The position numbers and the translations under genes are program-made. Below, piece after piece: positions 18,631 to 28,583 of a stretch of 33,769 nt of DNA. How positions within the stretch are numbered: the first letter of the stretch is position 1; each line of letters starts with the position of its first letter. The stretch lies in sequence record SRR33789315_101; one strand, given 5' to 3'. The notes under the pieces were generated by a model. It had not been told where the DNA came from and did no database searches. It worked only from the letters and a program-made list of their open reading frames with translations.

Positions 18631-18668
18631 TTAGTTAATTTGACCAAAAAGTTGGTGAAATAATTCAA
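18631..18668. promoter_or_regulatory. Paired PspF-like upstream activator sites
   Basis: TTAGTTAATTTGACCAA (18631) and TTGGTGAAATAATTCAA (18652), 21 bp apart, matching the pair upstream of pspA. Confidence 0.7.
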
Positions 18669-18673
18669 TATAT

Positions 18674-19693
18674 TTAATACTTTAGAAAAGTAGCCGCTTT
18701 ATTTTGGGCCTCAAGCAGTGAGTGGAGTGCATCAGTCAAAAGCTCACTACCCACCCCTGGTTTTGTACCTTGCTCACTCAAATAGCGTCGCCATACTCTA
18801 CCACCAGCTTGTCCTTGAAAAAGTCCCAACATGTGACGAGCAATATTCCATACTCGAGCCCCTTGTGCGATTTGTTCTTCAATGTAGGGCAACATGGCTA
18901 ATACCACCTCAGTCCTACTCTTTATTGGGGAATTATCGCCATAAAAACGCTTATCCACATCCGCTAATATATACGGATTGCTATACACTTCACGACCAAT
19001 CATTACCCCATCAAGCTTTTGCAGGTGTAAGGCGCTATCATCTAGGGTTTTTATGCCGCCGTTGATACTAATATTTAGTTGTGGGAATTGCTCTTTTAAA
19101 AGATAAACTCGATCGTACATCAAAGGCGGCACATCACGATTTTGTTTAGGACTTAAGCCTTTTAACCAAGCTTTTCTGGCATGTACTATAAAAGTATCAC
19201 AGCCACTGGCTGCAACAACATCAATAAATCGAGTTAAATCCTCATACTCATCCATGTCATCGATACCAATTCGACTCTTAACAGTAACCGGGATATCAAT
19301 AGCAGATTGCATACTGTTAATACACTCAGCGACTGTTTGTGGCTCTGCCATTAAACACGCGCCAAAACGCCCATTTTGCACTCGATCAGACGGGCAACCA
19401 ACATTGATATTAACCTCGTCGTATCCGCGCTCTTGTGCTAACACTGCACACTTTGTCATATCAGCAGGGTTAGACCCCCCTAACTGTAAGGCAACAGGGT
19501 GCTCTTGCTGATTAAAACCAAGATAATCCCCTTTGCCAAAAATAATAGCGCCTGTGGTAACCATTTCTGTATATAGCAAGGCATGTTGAGATATCTGACG
19601 TAAAAAATAACGACAATGTTTATCTGTCCAATCAAGCATTGGAGCGACCGAGATGGTACGGTTAAGTTGTTGCGTCACGAATTGGCTGACCAC
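18674..19693 (-). CDS. dusA: tRNA dihydrouridine(20/20a) synthase
   Basis: [31 protein letters not shown] and [16 protein letters not shown] motifs; GTG start uncertain. Confidence 0.97.
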   Translation of the reverse strand: MVSQFVTQQLNRTISVAPMLDWTDKHCRYFLRQISQHALLYTEMVTTGAIIFGKGDYLGFNQQEHPVALQLGGSNPADMTKCAVLAQERGYDEVNINVGCPSDRVQNGRFGACLMAEPQTVAECINSMQSAIDIPVTVKSRIGIDDMDEYEDLTRFIDVVAASGCDTFIVHARKAWLKGLSPKQNRDVPPLMYDRVYLLKEQFPQLNISINGGIKTLDDSALHLQKLDGVMIGREVYSNPYILADVDKRFYGDNSPIKSRTEVVLAMLPYIEEQIAQGARVWNIARHMLGLFQGQAGGRVWRRYLSEQGTKPGVGSELLTDALHSLLEAQNKAATFLKY

Positions 19694-19706
19694 TTAGACT
19701 TTAAAA

Positions 19707-19720
19707 GGGCGCGCATTTTA
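19707..19720 (-). promoter_or_regulatory. dusA -10 element with GC-rich discriminator
   Basis: TAAAAT-GCGCGCCC, typical of stringently controlled promoters; -35 is poor. Confidence 0.55.
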
Positions 19721-19796
19721 GCTGATTTTGCTTATCGACACTAGCACGAGGCTTTAATCTCGCCTTAGGTTCTGATTTCTATGAAGAATATTGTGT

Positions 19797-19836
19797 ATAA
19801 AAAAGCCTCGGCAACCTAAGTTACCAGGCTTTTTAT
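19797..19836 (-). terminator. Intrinsic terminator after the M16 protease gene
   Basis: AGCCTGGTAAC-TTAG-GTTGCCGAGGCT followed by a T-run on the minus strand. Confidence 0.8.
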
Positions 19837-19851
19837 CAATTTATGATGGAA

Positions 19852-22749
19852 TTAGAGCGCTTTAGCGTCTGGATCCAACTCAACAATATTGTCAAACAGA
19901 GGTCTAAGACTATCAATTACCGTGGCTTTGTCACCGACCACAACCGTGATCATCTCGTCTAATTTGAGATGCTTTTTCGCTAGAGCATTTAATTCATCTT
20001 TTGTGATGTTAGATAAAATAGCATTCTGTTGGTCAACAAAACTTTTATCTAATTCATATGACATAATTTCCGCTAAGAAGCCAAGCTTCTGATAGGGTGT
20101 TTCATACTCCCTGGCGTCGCGTTGACCAATAGCATTTTTCATAAAACGCAGCTCTTCATTAGTCATGCCTGTGTCAGCAAAACCAGTAATTTCATTTCTA
20201 AACTGGATTATGGAATCTGCTGTTGTATTTGAACGAACGCCCGCTTGTGCTCGATAAAAACCATGTTTATCGTCGCCATAAAAAAACGAACGGGCACCGT
20301 AGGTGTAACCCTTGTCTTCACGTAAATTCAGGTTAATACGGCTGTTAAACGCACCACCTAAGTTGTAGTTCATTAAATCAGCAAGATAATACTCTCCTGT
20401 TGCATCGTAATTTAAGGCTCGTTTGCCTATGCGAATTTCAGATTGAGCTGCGCCGGGTTTATCAATAAAATACAACGTTCCTACCGCCAATTTGGGGTAA
20501 GCCTTTGGAACAGGTTCACTCGCAGTATTACCTTGCCATTGTTCCAATATTTTCAGAGCCGATTTAACCTTTGATTCATCCAAATTACTGACAATGATTA
20601 GCTCAGATTTTGCGGGGCCATAATTAGTATTATAAAAGGCTTTTACATCATCTAAGCTTAGTTTCTCTACTGTTCCAATCGTTCCGCCAGTGGCATAAGC
20701 AAAACTATTATCAGCACCAAACACCAATTTATTAAATACCTCCGTCGCCGTAATGCTGGCATTTTTCTTAGCGTTTTTTAATCCTTCAATTTGTTGTTTT
20801 TGCAAACGTATAAAGTCGGCTTGCTCAAATTTAGGCGTGGTGAGTTTTTCCATTGCAATAGCAAGCGTCTTATCAATATTTTTAGTCAAGGAGCGCACAC
20901 TCATCGTAGTGAATTTATCGCCCACACTAAAATCAACACTAGAGCCAATTTTCTGTAGTTCATTCGATAATGTTTCAGCACTTGATTTTTGCGTTGCCTC
21001 TTCCAGCATTGCAGCCGTTAATGCACCTAAGCCTAACTTATCGAGGGGTTCGCGCGTTTGACCTGCGGGAATACGTAAACGAATAGTTGTGGTTGGCACT
21101 TCATCATTAACCGCCCCTAAAATGGCGATATCATTAGTTGTCGCAGCCTTATAAATTTCAGGTACTTTAATACTTGGATTTTGCCCAGAAGGAGGCACGA
21201 TGGCGCGGTCAAAATCAGAAGTTCCAGGACGAAGCTGTAAAGCACTTGGATCTTTATTTTCTGGTATGGTCCGAGTGTAACGTTGCCAAGTATCGGATTT
21301 TATAATCATCTCGGTCTGACCTTTGGGTACAATACTCATGATAACTGCGTGTTTGTCTTTAATGTATTGTTTGTACACCCGCATCACATCATCTTTAGTT
21401 ACGTTTTCATAACGCGCAATATCATCACTAATGGCATTAGGGTTATTACGATATGTTTGATAGGCAGCGAGTTGACTGACTTTGCCACTGACACTTTCTA
21501 AACCATATATCATGTCAGAAACGATGCCTGCTTTAACCCGTTCAAGATCATCATCATTTGCACCACCTCTTGATTCAAATTCGTCCAATGATGCACGAGC
21601 AATCTTTTCCAGTTCAGCCAATGCGGTACCCGGTGAAGGTAAGGCTAGCAAGGTAAATTGGCAACTTAATTCACCACAAGAATGTCCCGCTTGGGCTTGC
21701 ACCGCTTTGCCATTTTTCACCATATTTTTATACAGTAAAGAGGTTTTTCCAGAACCTAAAATAGACATCAATACATCTAATGGCGCTTCATCAGCATGAT
21801 TAGCATGTACTGTTGGAAAAGCCATATACATCAATGGCAATGAAACATTGTCTTCCATTGAGATATAACGGTCTTCATTTAAAACAACATCACTATACTC
21901 AGGGGCTGTCACTTCAGGGCCCCGGGGAATACCACCAAAATATTTTTTAACCCAGGCCAACGTTTGCGTTTCGTCTAAATCTCCACCAATGGTTAAGGTC
22001 GCATTATTCGGTCCGTACCAATGCAGAAAAAATTTCTTTAAATCATCCAAGTCAGCGCGGTCAAGGTCTTCAATATAACCGATAGTTAGCCACGAATATG
22101 GGTGCCCTTCAGGGAACATTGCTTCATTAACTCGTTCCCTTAATAAGCCATAGGGTCGATTATCGTAGTTTTGCCCACGTTCATTTTTAACTGTCTCACG
22201 CTGATTTTCGAACTTCTGTTCGGTTACAGCATCGAGAAAAAATCCCATACGATCCGCTTCTAGCCACAACATGCGCTCAAGCTGATTAGACGGAACTGTT
22301 TCGTAATAATTGGTGCGATCAGTATTTGTTGATCCATTTAAGGTACCACCTGATTCGGTTATTAAGGCGAAATGTTGTTCATCAGCGACATTTTCAGAGC
22401 CTTGAAACATCATGTGTTCAAAAAAGTGAGCAAAACCCGACTTACCAGGCTCTTCACGGGCAGAACCAACATGGTATGTAATATCCACATGAACTAAGGG
22501 ATCAGAGTTGTCTGGATGCAATATAATGGTTAAACCATTGTCCAACTCATACTTATCAAACGGAATAACAATCTCATCATATTGCTTAGTGACAGAAGTT
22601 ATTTTTCTAATCCCATCTGGTAATGCTATGGGGGATGTCATTTTACTTTCAGCAACGACGGTTTTATTGACGTCACAGGCAGTTAAACTCAGCAACACTA
22701 ATATTACGCTGCCAATAACAAGGATTTTTTTCATCTTTATGGTGTCCAC
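19852..22749 (-). CDS. M16 (pitrilysin-family) zinc protease, lipoprotein
   Basis: HFFEH inverted zinc motif, LREDKGYTYG and lipobox LTAC. Start is GTG 22749 (AAGGA RBS) or ATG 22734. Confidence 0.92.
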   Translation of the reverse strand: MDTIKMKKILVIGSVILVLLSLTACDVNKTVVAESKMTSPIALPDGIRKITSVTKQYDEIVIPFDKYELDNGLTIILHPDNSDPLVHVDITYHVGSAREEPGKSGFAHFFEHMMFQGSENVADEQHFALITESGGTLNGSTNTDRTNYYETVPSNQLERMLWLEADRMGFFLDAVTEQKFENQRETVKNERGQNYDNRPYGLLRERVNEAMFPEGHPYSWLTIGYIEDLDRADLDDLKKFFLHWYGPNNATLTIGGDLDETQTLAWVKKYFGGIPRGPEVTAPEYSDVVLNEDRYISMEDNVSLPLMYMAFPTVHANHADEAPLDVLMSILGSGKTSLLYKNMVKNGKAVQAQAGHSCGELSCQFTLLALPSPGTALAELEKIARASLDEFESRGGANDDDLERVKAGIVSDMIYGLESVSGKVSQLAAYQTYRNNPNAISDDIARYENVTKDDVMRVYKQYIKDKHAVIMSIVPKGQTEMIIKSDTWQRYTRTIPENKDPSALQLRPGTSDFDRAIVPPSGQNPSIKVPEIYKAATTNDIAILGAVNDEVPTTTIRLRIPAGQTREPLDKLGLGALTAAMLEEATQKSSAETLSNELQKIGSSVDFSVGDKFTTMSVRSLTKNIDKTLAIAMEKLTTPKFEQADFIRLQKQQIEGLKNAKKNASITATEVFNKLVFGADNSFAYATGGTIGTVEKLSLDDVKAFYNTNYGPAKSELIIVSNLDESKVKSALKILEQWQGNTASEPVPKAYPKLAVGTLYFIDKPGAAQSEIRIGKRALNYDATGEYYLADLMNYNLGGAFNSRINLNLREDKGYTYGARSFFYGDDKHGFYRAQAGVRSNTTADSIIQFRNEITGFADTGMTNEELRFMKNAIGQRDAREYETPYQKLGFLAEIMSYELDKSFVDQQNAILSNITKDELNALAKKHLKLDEMITVVVGDKATVIDSLRPLFDNIVELDPDAKAL

Positions 22750-22864
22750 GTTTACTTTCCTTATTTACATAGAATGAATAATTTCAGATTGGTCTAAAGA
22801 GATAAACCCCGCTAAACCACTCTAATTTTAAACATTGGCGAATCAAGCCCTTAACTAGACTTAT

Positions 22865-23797
22865 CTAAAAGAAGGCCAATTGGACCCCTAAACTAATACG
22901 TTGTTGGTGGCGATTATAATCAATCAATGAATCACCGTAGCCGTTAAAATATTGCAACATAAGGTTGTATCTATTATTTATTGGATACGATAGATTTAAT
23001 TCAATACTGCCTTTGTTATCACTCGTTTTGAGATTATTACGTAACAAAGTCAATACATCTATATTACCAAGTTTAGTGCCAAAGCCCAGTTCAACATGCC
23101 CCAAAAAATCAGTGATATCAGGATTATCATCACCACTAGTGTCCATAAGGTTTTCTTTGGCATTTTCAGGAATTCTATACCATGCTTTTACATAATAAAA
23201 AGCATCCGCATCACTAAATAATGTAGAGACAAAAAGACGGTTCCAACTACGCGAACGTAATCCACTTTGGCCGTTACTCTGGTGATTAAAACCGACCTGT
23301 ATTTGATTAAATTCAAAGCTTAATAATTTGATTTCTTTTTGCCATGAGTAAAAAACCTCAGGCTCATAATTTGTTTCACGAAAGGGTTTAGAGACTGCAC
23401 TGTTATAAACTTGCCAAAAAGACATGGCAGTAAATCCAAAATAAAGACCGGAAGAATCCTTGTCACGCAGATATAAAGGTAGCTTTACACTAATTTGATA
23501 TTTGGCTTCAAAAAAATCAAGATTCCCATCATTAATGCCATCAGCAGTAATATCATTCGGATCACCAACCCAAGAAACCGGCAATAAATAATTCAGTCGA
23601 TATTGTGCGATAGAGAACGGATTGTCCACAGTGTCAATATCTGCTTTATTACGTTTTGCTAATATGGACTTAAGTGGCTGCTTTTTATCAACGTCAACCA
23701 CTTCCTCCTTATCTTGAGCAAAACTTGCGTCACAAATCAACATCAATATAAAAAATTTAGTTAACATAAAAAACCGCAACCAGTGCTGTCTTAACAT
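22865..23797 (-). CDS. pldA: Outer-membrane phospholipase A
   Basis: SKPFRETNYEPE, catalytic HQSNG, SRSWNR and GYGDSLIDYN motifs; terminal Phe. Confidence 0.93.
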   Translation of the reverse strand: MLRQHWLRFFMLTKFFILMLICDASFAQDKEEVVDVDKKQPLKSILAKRNKADIDTVDNPFSIAQYRLNYLLPVSWVGDPNDITADGINDGNLDFFEAKYQISVKLPLYLRDKDSSGLYFGFTAMSFWQVYNSAVSKPFRETNYEPEVFYSWQKEIKLLSFEFNQIQVGFNHQSNGQSGLRSRSWNRLFVSTLFSDADAFYYVKAWYRIPENAKENLMDTSGDDNPDITDFLGHVELGFGTKLGNIDVLTLLRNNLKTSDNKGSIELNLSYPINNRYNLMLQYFNGYGDSLIDYNRHQQRISLGVQLAFF

Positions 23798-23986
23798 GCG
23801 TTTCCCCCTTCCGTGAAATTATTTTGGCTGCAGGTTGCACTTTACCAGCATACCATGATGTCTTATACCCGTTTTACTGCAAATTGGATTGATAAAATAT
23901 CAAACTAATCAGCTATTTGATTGATTTTGCATTCCGTCTGCTACAGACTGGCTTTGATTTTTTTTGAATTAAAAAGAGCGATGTAA

Positions 23987-24889
23987 TTGTCTGATAAAAC
24001 GATAAAGTCTGGAGTGATTTTTGCTCTAGCGGCTTATGGTATGTGGGGCTTTGCTCCACTCTACTTTAAATTACTACAAGCCATGCCTGCGCAAGAAATT
24101 TTGATGCATCGTGTAGTGTGGTCTGTCTTAGTTTTATGTATTTTGGTATTAGTTAGCGGAAAAATAAACCAGGTAAAAGCAGCAGCGACTAACGTTAAAG
24201 TCATGCTCGTTTTATTACTATCAGGCTTGCTCCTTGCTTTTAATTGGTTGGTATTTATCTGGGCAATTAATAACGACCACTTATTAGATGGTAGCTTAGG
24301 TTATTACATCAACCCACTGCTAAACGTTTTTTTAGGGCGATTGTTTTTTCAAGAACGTTTACGTCCTTTGCAAAAAGTGGCCGTCGCTCTCGCATTTATT
24401 GGCGTTACTATACTTATTGTTTCTTTTGGACAAGTCCCTTGGATAGCTTTAACGTTGGCAGTTACGTTTAGTATTTATGGCTTATTACGTAAAAAAGTGG
24501 CAGTAGACTCGTTACCCGGATTACTGTTAGAAACGATGTTGATGCTACCCTTTGCTATTATTTATTGGATTTGGTTCAGCACTGAATTCAGCAATTTTAG
24601 CAGCAATTCAATGTCACTCAATATCAGCTTGCTCTGTGCTGGCATAGTCACCACTGCGCCACTTTTATGTTTTACGGCTGCTGCACGAAGATTACGCTAT
24701 TCCACCTTAGGATTTTTCCAATATCTTGGACCAAGTATCATGTTCATCATGGCTATTTGGTGGTTTAACGAGTCATTAGATCAAGCAAAAATAATTACTT
24801 TTTGTTTTGTTTGGTTAGCTTTGGCGGTATTTAGTCTAGATTCTTTTAGGGCATATCGTTCAACAAGAGCGCAAATAACAGGGAAGTAA
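23987..24889 (+). CDS. rarD: EamA-family transporter RarD
   Basis: AYGMWG..PLYFK, SLGYYINPL, YGLLRKK and LGFFQYLGPS motifs; about 10 TM segments; TTG start. Confidence 0.93.
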   Translation: MSDKTIKSGVIFALAAYGMWGFAPLYFKLLQAMPAQEILMHRVVWSVLVLCILVLVSGKINQVKAAATNVKVMLVLLLSGLLLAFNWLVFIWAINNDHLLDGSLGYYINPLLNVFLGRLFFQERLRPLQKVAVALAFIGVTILIVSFGQVPWIALTLAVTFSIYGLLRKKVAVDSLPGLLLETMLMLPFAIIYWIWFSTEFSNFSSNSMSLNISLLCAGIVTTAPLLCFTAAARRLRYSTLGFFQYLGPSIMFIMAIWWFNESLDQAKIITFCFVWLALAVFSLDSFRAYRSTRAQITGK

Positions 24890-24912
24890 AGAGTAATAAT
24901 CTTCGATAATGG

Positions 24913-24924
24913 TGAATGAACAAA
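24913..24924. repeat. 12-bp direct repeat, copy 1
   Basis: TGAATGAACAAA, identical to 26218-26229. Confidence 0.6.
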
Positions 24925-24928
24925 AGGG

Positions 24929-26173
24929 CTAGTTGTCACCAACAATTTGATTACGCCCTTGTTCTTTAGCTTGATATAGATGTTTGTCTGCTAAACGAAT
25001 CATGCCACTCACGGCACCTTGTATTTTGTGCGTTAAACCGATACTAACAGAGCAATTGAAGCGCTTCTTTTCAAAAACAAAGGGTTTTTCCGCTAGGGCT
25101 ATACGAAAGGCTTCTAAGGCATCGTGCACTTCTTGTTGCTCTTTGTTAGCAAAATAAATGCAAAATTCCTCACCACCAAAACGAGCAGCTGTGAAATCGT
25201 CAAAATACTTGGCAACTAACTTGGCTATTTCTTTAAGACTGTAGTCGCCACAGTCGTGACCATAGGTATCATTAATGCGTTTAAAATGATCAATATCTAA
25301 AATAGCTAAGCTTTGTTTCTGCGGTTTATGTTTTTGAATTGTCTCTACTTTTTCAAAAAAATAACGACGATTAGGCAAACCCGTTAAAAAATCAGAGTCA
25401 GCAGCTCGCCTAATTAATTCAATGTTCTCCATGTATTCAACATGTTGCATAACACGACTAAAAAACTCTTCATGACAATAAGGTTTTAATAAGAAGTCAT
25501 TAGCACCGCTTTTAATATAACGTGCAGAGACACCTGGTTTTTTTAGAGACGTCATACCGATAAACGCTAAATCTTCTTTTTTATATTCCTTACGTAGCGC
25601 ACTCAATAACTCAATTCCACTTACCCGCGGCAAACCTTCGTCATCTACAATTAATAACTTAATGATGCTAAATTTTTGCAAGGTCGTCAGAGCTTGCTCA
25701 GCATCACCCGCTTCAAAGGTAATAAAATTATGCCGCCTTAGTAAACCCACCATGGCCGCACGCCTTGCACGTAGGGCATCAACCACTAAAACACCCACTT
25801 TTTTATTTCTTTCTAAACGTGCCAATAAACGACTTAGATAATCATAAACCTGTTCATTTTCTTTCGTTATATAATCTACAATATCTTTGTTAAGGATAGT
25901 GTTACGTGTATCGTCATCCAAATATCGCGCAACAACGATTGTGGGTAAATACGAGCAAATAGTAAAATCAATGGCTTGGCCTCTAGGCGCATCAGGTAAA
26001 TCATAGTCAACAATTGCGCACAAAAAAGATTCTGGCGCTGAAGACGAAAAGATAACCTTAGCCTCAATAAGATTTTGTGCACAAACCGGGATCAATTTTG
26101 CTTTGATGATCAAATCCCGCATCATATCCATGCTGCTTTGATTGTCTTCAATGATCAGTACACTTTGCGGCAT
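24929..26173 (-). CDS. REC-REC-GGDEF diguanylate cyclase
   Basis: Two receiver-like domains; DFLTGLPNRR, DIDHFKRINDTYGH and an intact GGEEF; no RxxD I-site. Confidence 0.9.
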   Translation of the reverse strand: MPQSVLIIEDNQSSMDMMRDLIIKAKLIPVCAQNLIEAKVIFSSSAPESFLCAIVDYDLPDAPRGQAIDFTICSYLPTIVVARYLDDDTRNTILNKDIVDYITKENEQVYDYLSRLLARLERNKKVGVLVVDALRARRAAMVGLLRRHNFITFEAGDAEQALTTLQKFSIIKLLIVDDEGLPRVSGIELLSALRKEYKKEDLAFIGMTSLKKPGVSARYIKSGANDFLLKPYCHEEFFSRVMQHVEYMENIELIRRAADSDFLTGLPNRRYFFEKVETIQKHKPQKQSLAILDIDHFKRINDTYGHDCGDYSLKEIAKLVAKYFDDFTAARFGGEEFCIYFANKEQQEVHDALEAFRIALAEKPFVFEKKRFNCSVSIGLTHKIQGAVSGMIRLADKHLYQAKEQGRNQIVGDN

Positions 26174-26217
26174 AACTACCTTTAACTCACTTAAATTTTA
26201 AGCAGCAATCTATCAGA

Positions 26218-26229
26218 TGAATGAACAAA
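26218..26229. repeat. 12-bp direct repeat, copy 2
   Basis: TGAATGAACAAA, identical to 24913-24924. Confidence 0.6.
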
Positions 26230-26254
26230 GAGACAACGCTTCGCGTTATCTTTT
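26227..26254 (-). terminator. Probable uvrD terminator
   Basis: AGATAACGC-GAA-GCGTTGTCT followed by CTTTGTT on the minus strand. Confidence 0.6.
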
Positions 26255-26277
26255 CACTCTTTACGTCCCCACTGGCA

Positions 26278-28446
26278 TTATGCCTGTGTGAGTTTAGCAA
26301 ACGACATAACTAACCATTTGCTGCCAAAATTTTCAAAATTTATTTGAATGCGCGCATGCTCTCCTGCACCTTCATAATTTAATACCGTACCCTCGCCAAA
26401 TTTAGGATGGGTAACACGCTGCCCCAATTTAAATCCTGTTGATTCAAATGCAGTATGGCCTGTTACGGGCGTAAAACGATTTTGTACCGGTCGAGATATC
26501 GTGGTACGTAAACGTACTTCCTCTATATATTGGCTAGGAATTTCTTTAATAAAACGCGAAGGGGTATGATATTTTTCTTGCCCATAAATACGCCGGTTTT
26601 CTGCATAAGTAATGTATAGTTTTTGCATAGCGCGGGTCATACCTACATAACATAGTCTACGTTCTTCCTCGATTTTCCCCGGCTCTTCGTTACTCATCTG
26701 ACTTGGGAACATGCCCTCTTCTACACCCGCCAAAATCACCAAAGGAAACTCTAAACCCTTTGCCGTATGAATAGTCATCATTTGCACGGCATCTTGATGG
26801 CTATCAGCCTGGGTTTCACCCGACTCTAAAGTAGCATGAGCCAAAAAAGCCGACAACGGAGTCATATTTTCGGCCTCTTCTGGAGGTGAAAACTGCTTAC
26901 ATGCAGTGACTAACTCTTCTAAGTTTTCAATTCGTGCTTGGGCTTTTTCACCTTTTTCGGCTTGATACATGGCAAATAAGCCTGAATGTTTAATCACATG
27001 ATCGGCTTGCTGTTCCAAGGAGAGCTCGGCGATATCAATGCCTAATTGTTTGATTAAGTTCACAAAACTATCTAAAGCATTTAAAGCTCGACCAGTTAAA
27101 CGCTTTTCAGTTATAAGCTGCAGTGCAGAATCCCATAAAGACTGTTCATTCTCTTTTGATTTCTCACGCACCGCAACTAAGGTTTTGTCACCTAAACCCC
27201 GAGTAGGGGTGTTAACAATACGCTCAAAAGCCGCATCATCAATGTGCTGATTAATGAGACGTAAATAAGCCAGTGCGTCACGGATTTCTTGTCGCTCGAA
27301 AAAGCGCAAACCACCATATATGCGATAAGCGATAGACTCTTGCAGTAAAGCCTCTTCTAAAACCCGCGATTGCGCGTTATTACGATACAAAATGGCACAA
27401 TCTGAAAGCGCATTGCCTTTGTCACGCCAATCTTTAATACGTGAGGCATTAAATCTTGCCTCATCTAGGTCATTAAAGCCTGCATACAAAGAAATGAGCT
27501 CTCCCTCAGCATCTTCGGTCCATAATTCTTTACCAAGGCGTCCTTCATTATTACTGATCACGGCATTAGCCGCATTGAGTATGTTGCCAGAAGAGCGATA
27601 GTTTTGTTCCAGACGAATCGTCGTCGCGCCAGCAAAATCTCGCAGGAAATGCTGAATATTTTGTACGTTGGCACCGCGCCAACCATAAATCGATTGGTCA
27701 TCATCACCCACAATAATCATGTTATTTGTAGGGCAAGCAAGCAAACGCAACCAAGCATATTGAATATTATTGGTATCTTGGAACTCATCAACCAATATAG
27801 TGCGAAAACGTTGTTGATAATGCCTAAGTACGCTGGGATTGTGTAACCATAATTCATGAGCGCGCAATAATAGTTCAGCAAAATCTACCAATCCTGCTCG
27901 ATCACAGGTTTGTTGGTATACCTGATAAATTTCGCGCATTTTTGTCTGACTTGCATCACCGTGAGTTTCAATATGCTCTGGTCGTAGACCTTCATCTTTA
28001 TTACCATTGATATACCATTGCACATGTTTAGGTGCCCAATGTTTTTCATCTAGGTTTAGACTTTTCAAAACACGCCTGACTAACCTGTACTGATCATCAG
28101 AGTCAAGAATTTGAAAGTTTTCTGGAAGCTTAGCGTCAGCATAATGAGCACGTAACAATCGATGCGCAATTCCATGAAAAGTGCCAATCCACATATTACG
28201 CAATGCAGAGCCTTGTAACTGCTCTACCCGGCCACGCATTTCTCGCGCTGCCTTATTGGTAAACGTAACCGCAAGTATACTATGGGGAGCAATACCTTCG
28301 ACATCCATCAACCAAACCATACGATGTACAAGTACGCGGGTTTTGCCGCTGCCCGCTCCTGCTAAAATAAGCATATCGGATGCTGGTGCAGCAACCGCTT
28401 GGCGTTGTTTGTCGTTAAGTTGGTCTAAAAGTCGCGATACATCCAT
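26278..28446 (-). CDS. uvrD: DNA helicase II
   Basis: LAGAGSGKT, VDEFQDTN, GDDDQSIYGWRGA, EEERRLCYVGMTRA and a C-terminal HPKFGEG Tudor-like tail. Confidence 0.98.
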   Translation of the reverse strand: MDVSRLLDQLNDKQRQAVAAPASDMLILAGAGSGKTRVLVHRMVWLMDVEGIAPHSILAVTFTNKAAREMRGRVEQLQGSALRNMWIGTFHGIAHRLLRAHYADAKLPENFQILDSDDQYRLVRRVLKSLNLDEKHWAPKHVQWYINGNKDEGLRPEHIETHGDASQTKMREIYQVYQQTCDRAGLVDFAELLLRAHELWLHNPSVLRHYQQRFRTILVDEFQDTNNIQYAWLRLLACPTNNMIIVGDDDQSIYGWRGANVQNIQHFLRDFAGATTIRLEQNYRSSGNILNAANAVISNNEGRLGKELWTEDAEGELISLYAGFNDLDEARFNASRIKDWRDKGNALSDCAILYRNNAQSRVLEEALLQESIAYRIYGGLRFFERQEIRDALAYLRLINQHIDDAAFERIVNTPTRGLGDKTLVAVREKSKENEQSLWDSALQLITEKRLTGRALNALDSFVNLIKQLGIDIAELSLEQQADHVIKHSGLFAMYQAEKGEKAQARIENLEELVTACKQFSPPEEAENMTPLSAFLAHATLESGETQADSHQDAVQMMTIHTAKGLEFPLVILAGVEEGMFPSQMSNEEPGKIEEERRLCYVGMTRAMQKLYITYAENRRIYGQEKYHTPSRFIKEIPSQYIEEVRLRTTISRPVQNRFTPVTGHTAFESTGFKLGQRVTHPKFGEGTVLNYEGAGEHARIQINFENFGSKWLVMSFAKLTQA

Positions 28447-28488
28447 TGCAGTTTACTTGCCTCTGTTTTTATTAAAGTATACCAGTAT

Positions 28489-28508
28489 TACTGTATTTAA
28501 ATACACTA
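28489..28508. promoter_or_regulatory. Degenerate LexA (SOS) box upstream of uvrD
   Basis: TACTGTATTTAAATACACTA has one mismatch to CTGT-N8-ACAG and sits just upstream of an extended -10 TGGTATACT on the minus strand. Confidence 0.5.
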
Positions 28509-28583
28509 CTTCACTTTTACACAGGGGAATTAGTTTAAGAATCTGGTATAGCTCGTTTTAGTGGGTATATGAATAGCAATGAA

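Noticed and set aside
19600-19851. dusA-associated genomic island
   Set aside because: The dusA 5' end is a known integration target, but here the gene is intact with no integrase or duplicated 5' fragment.
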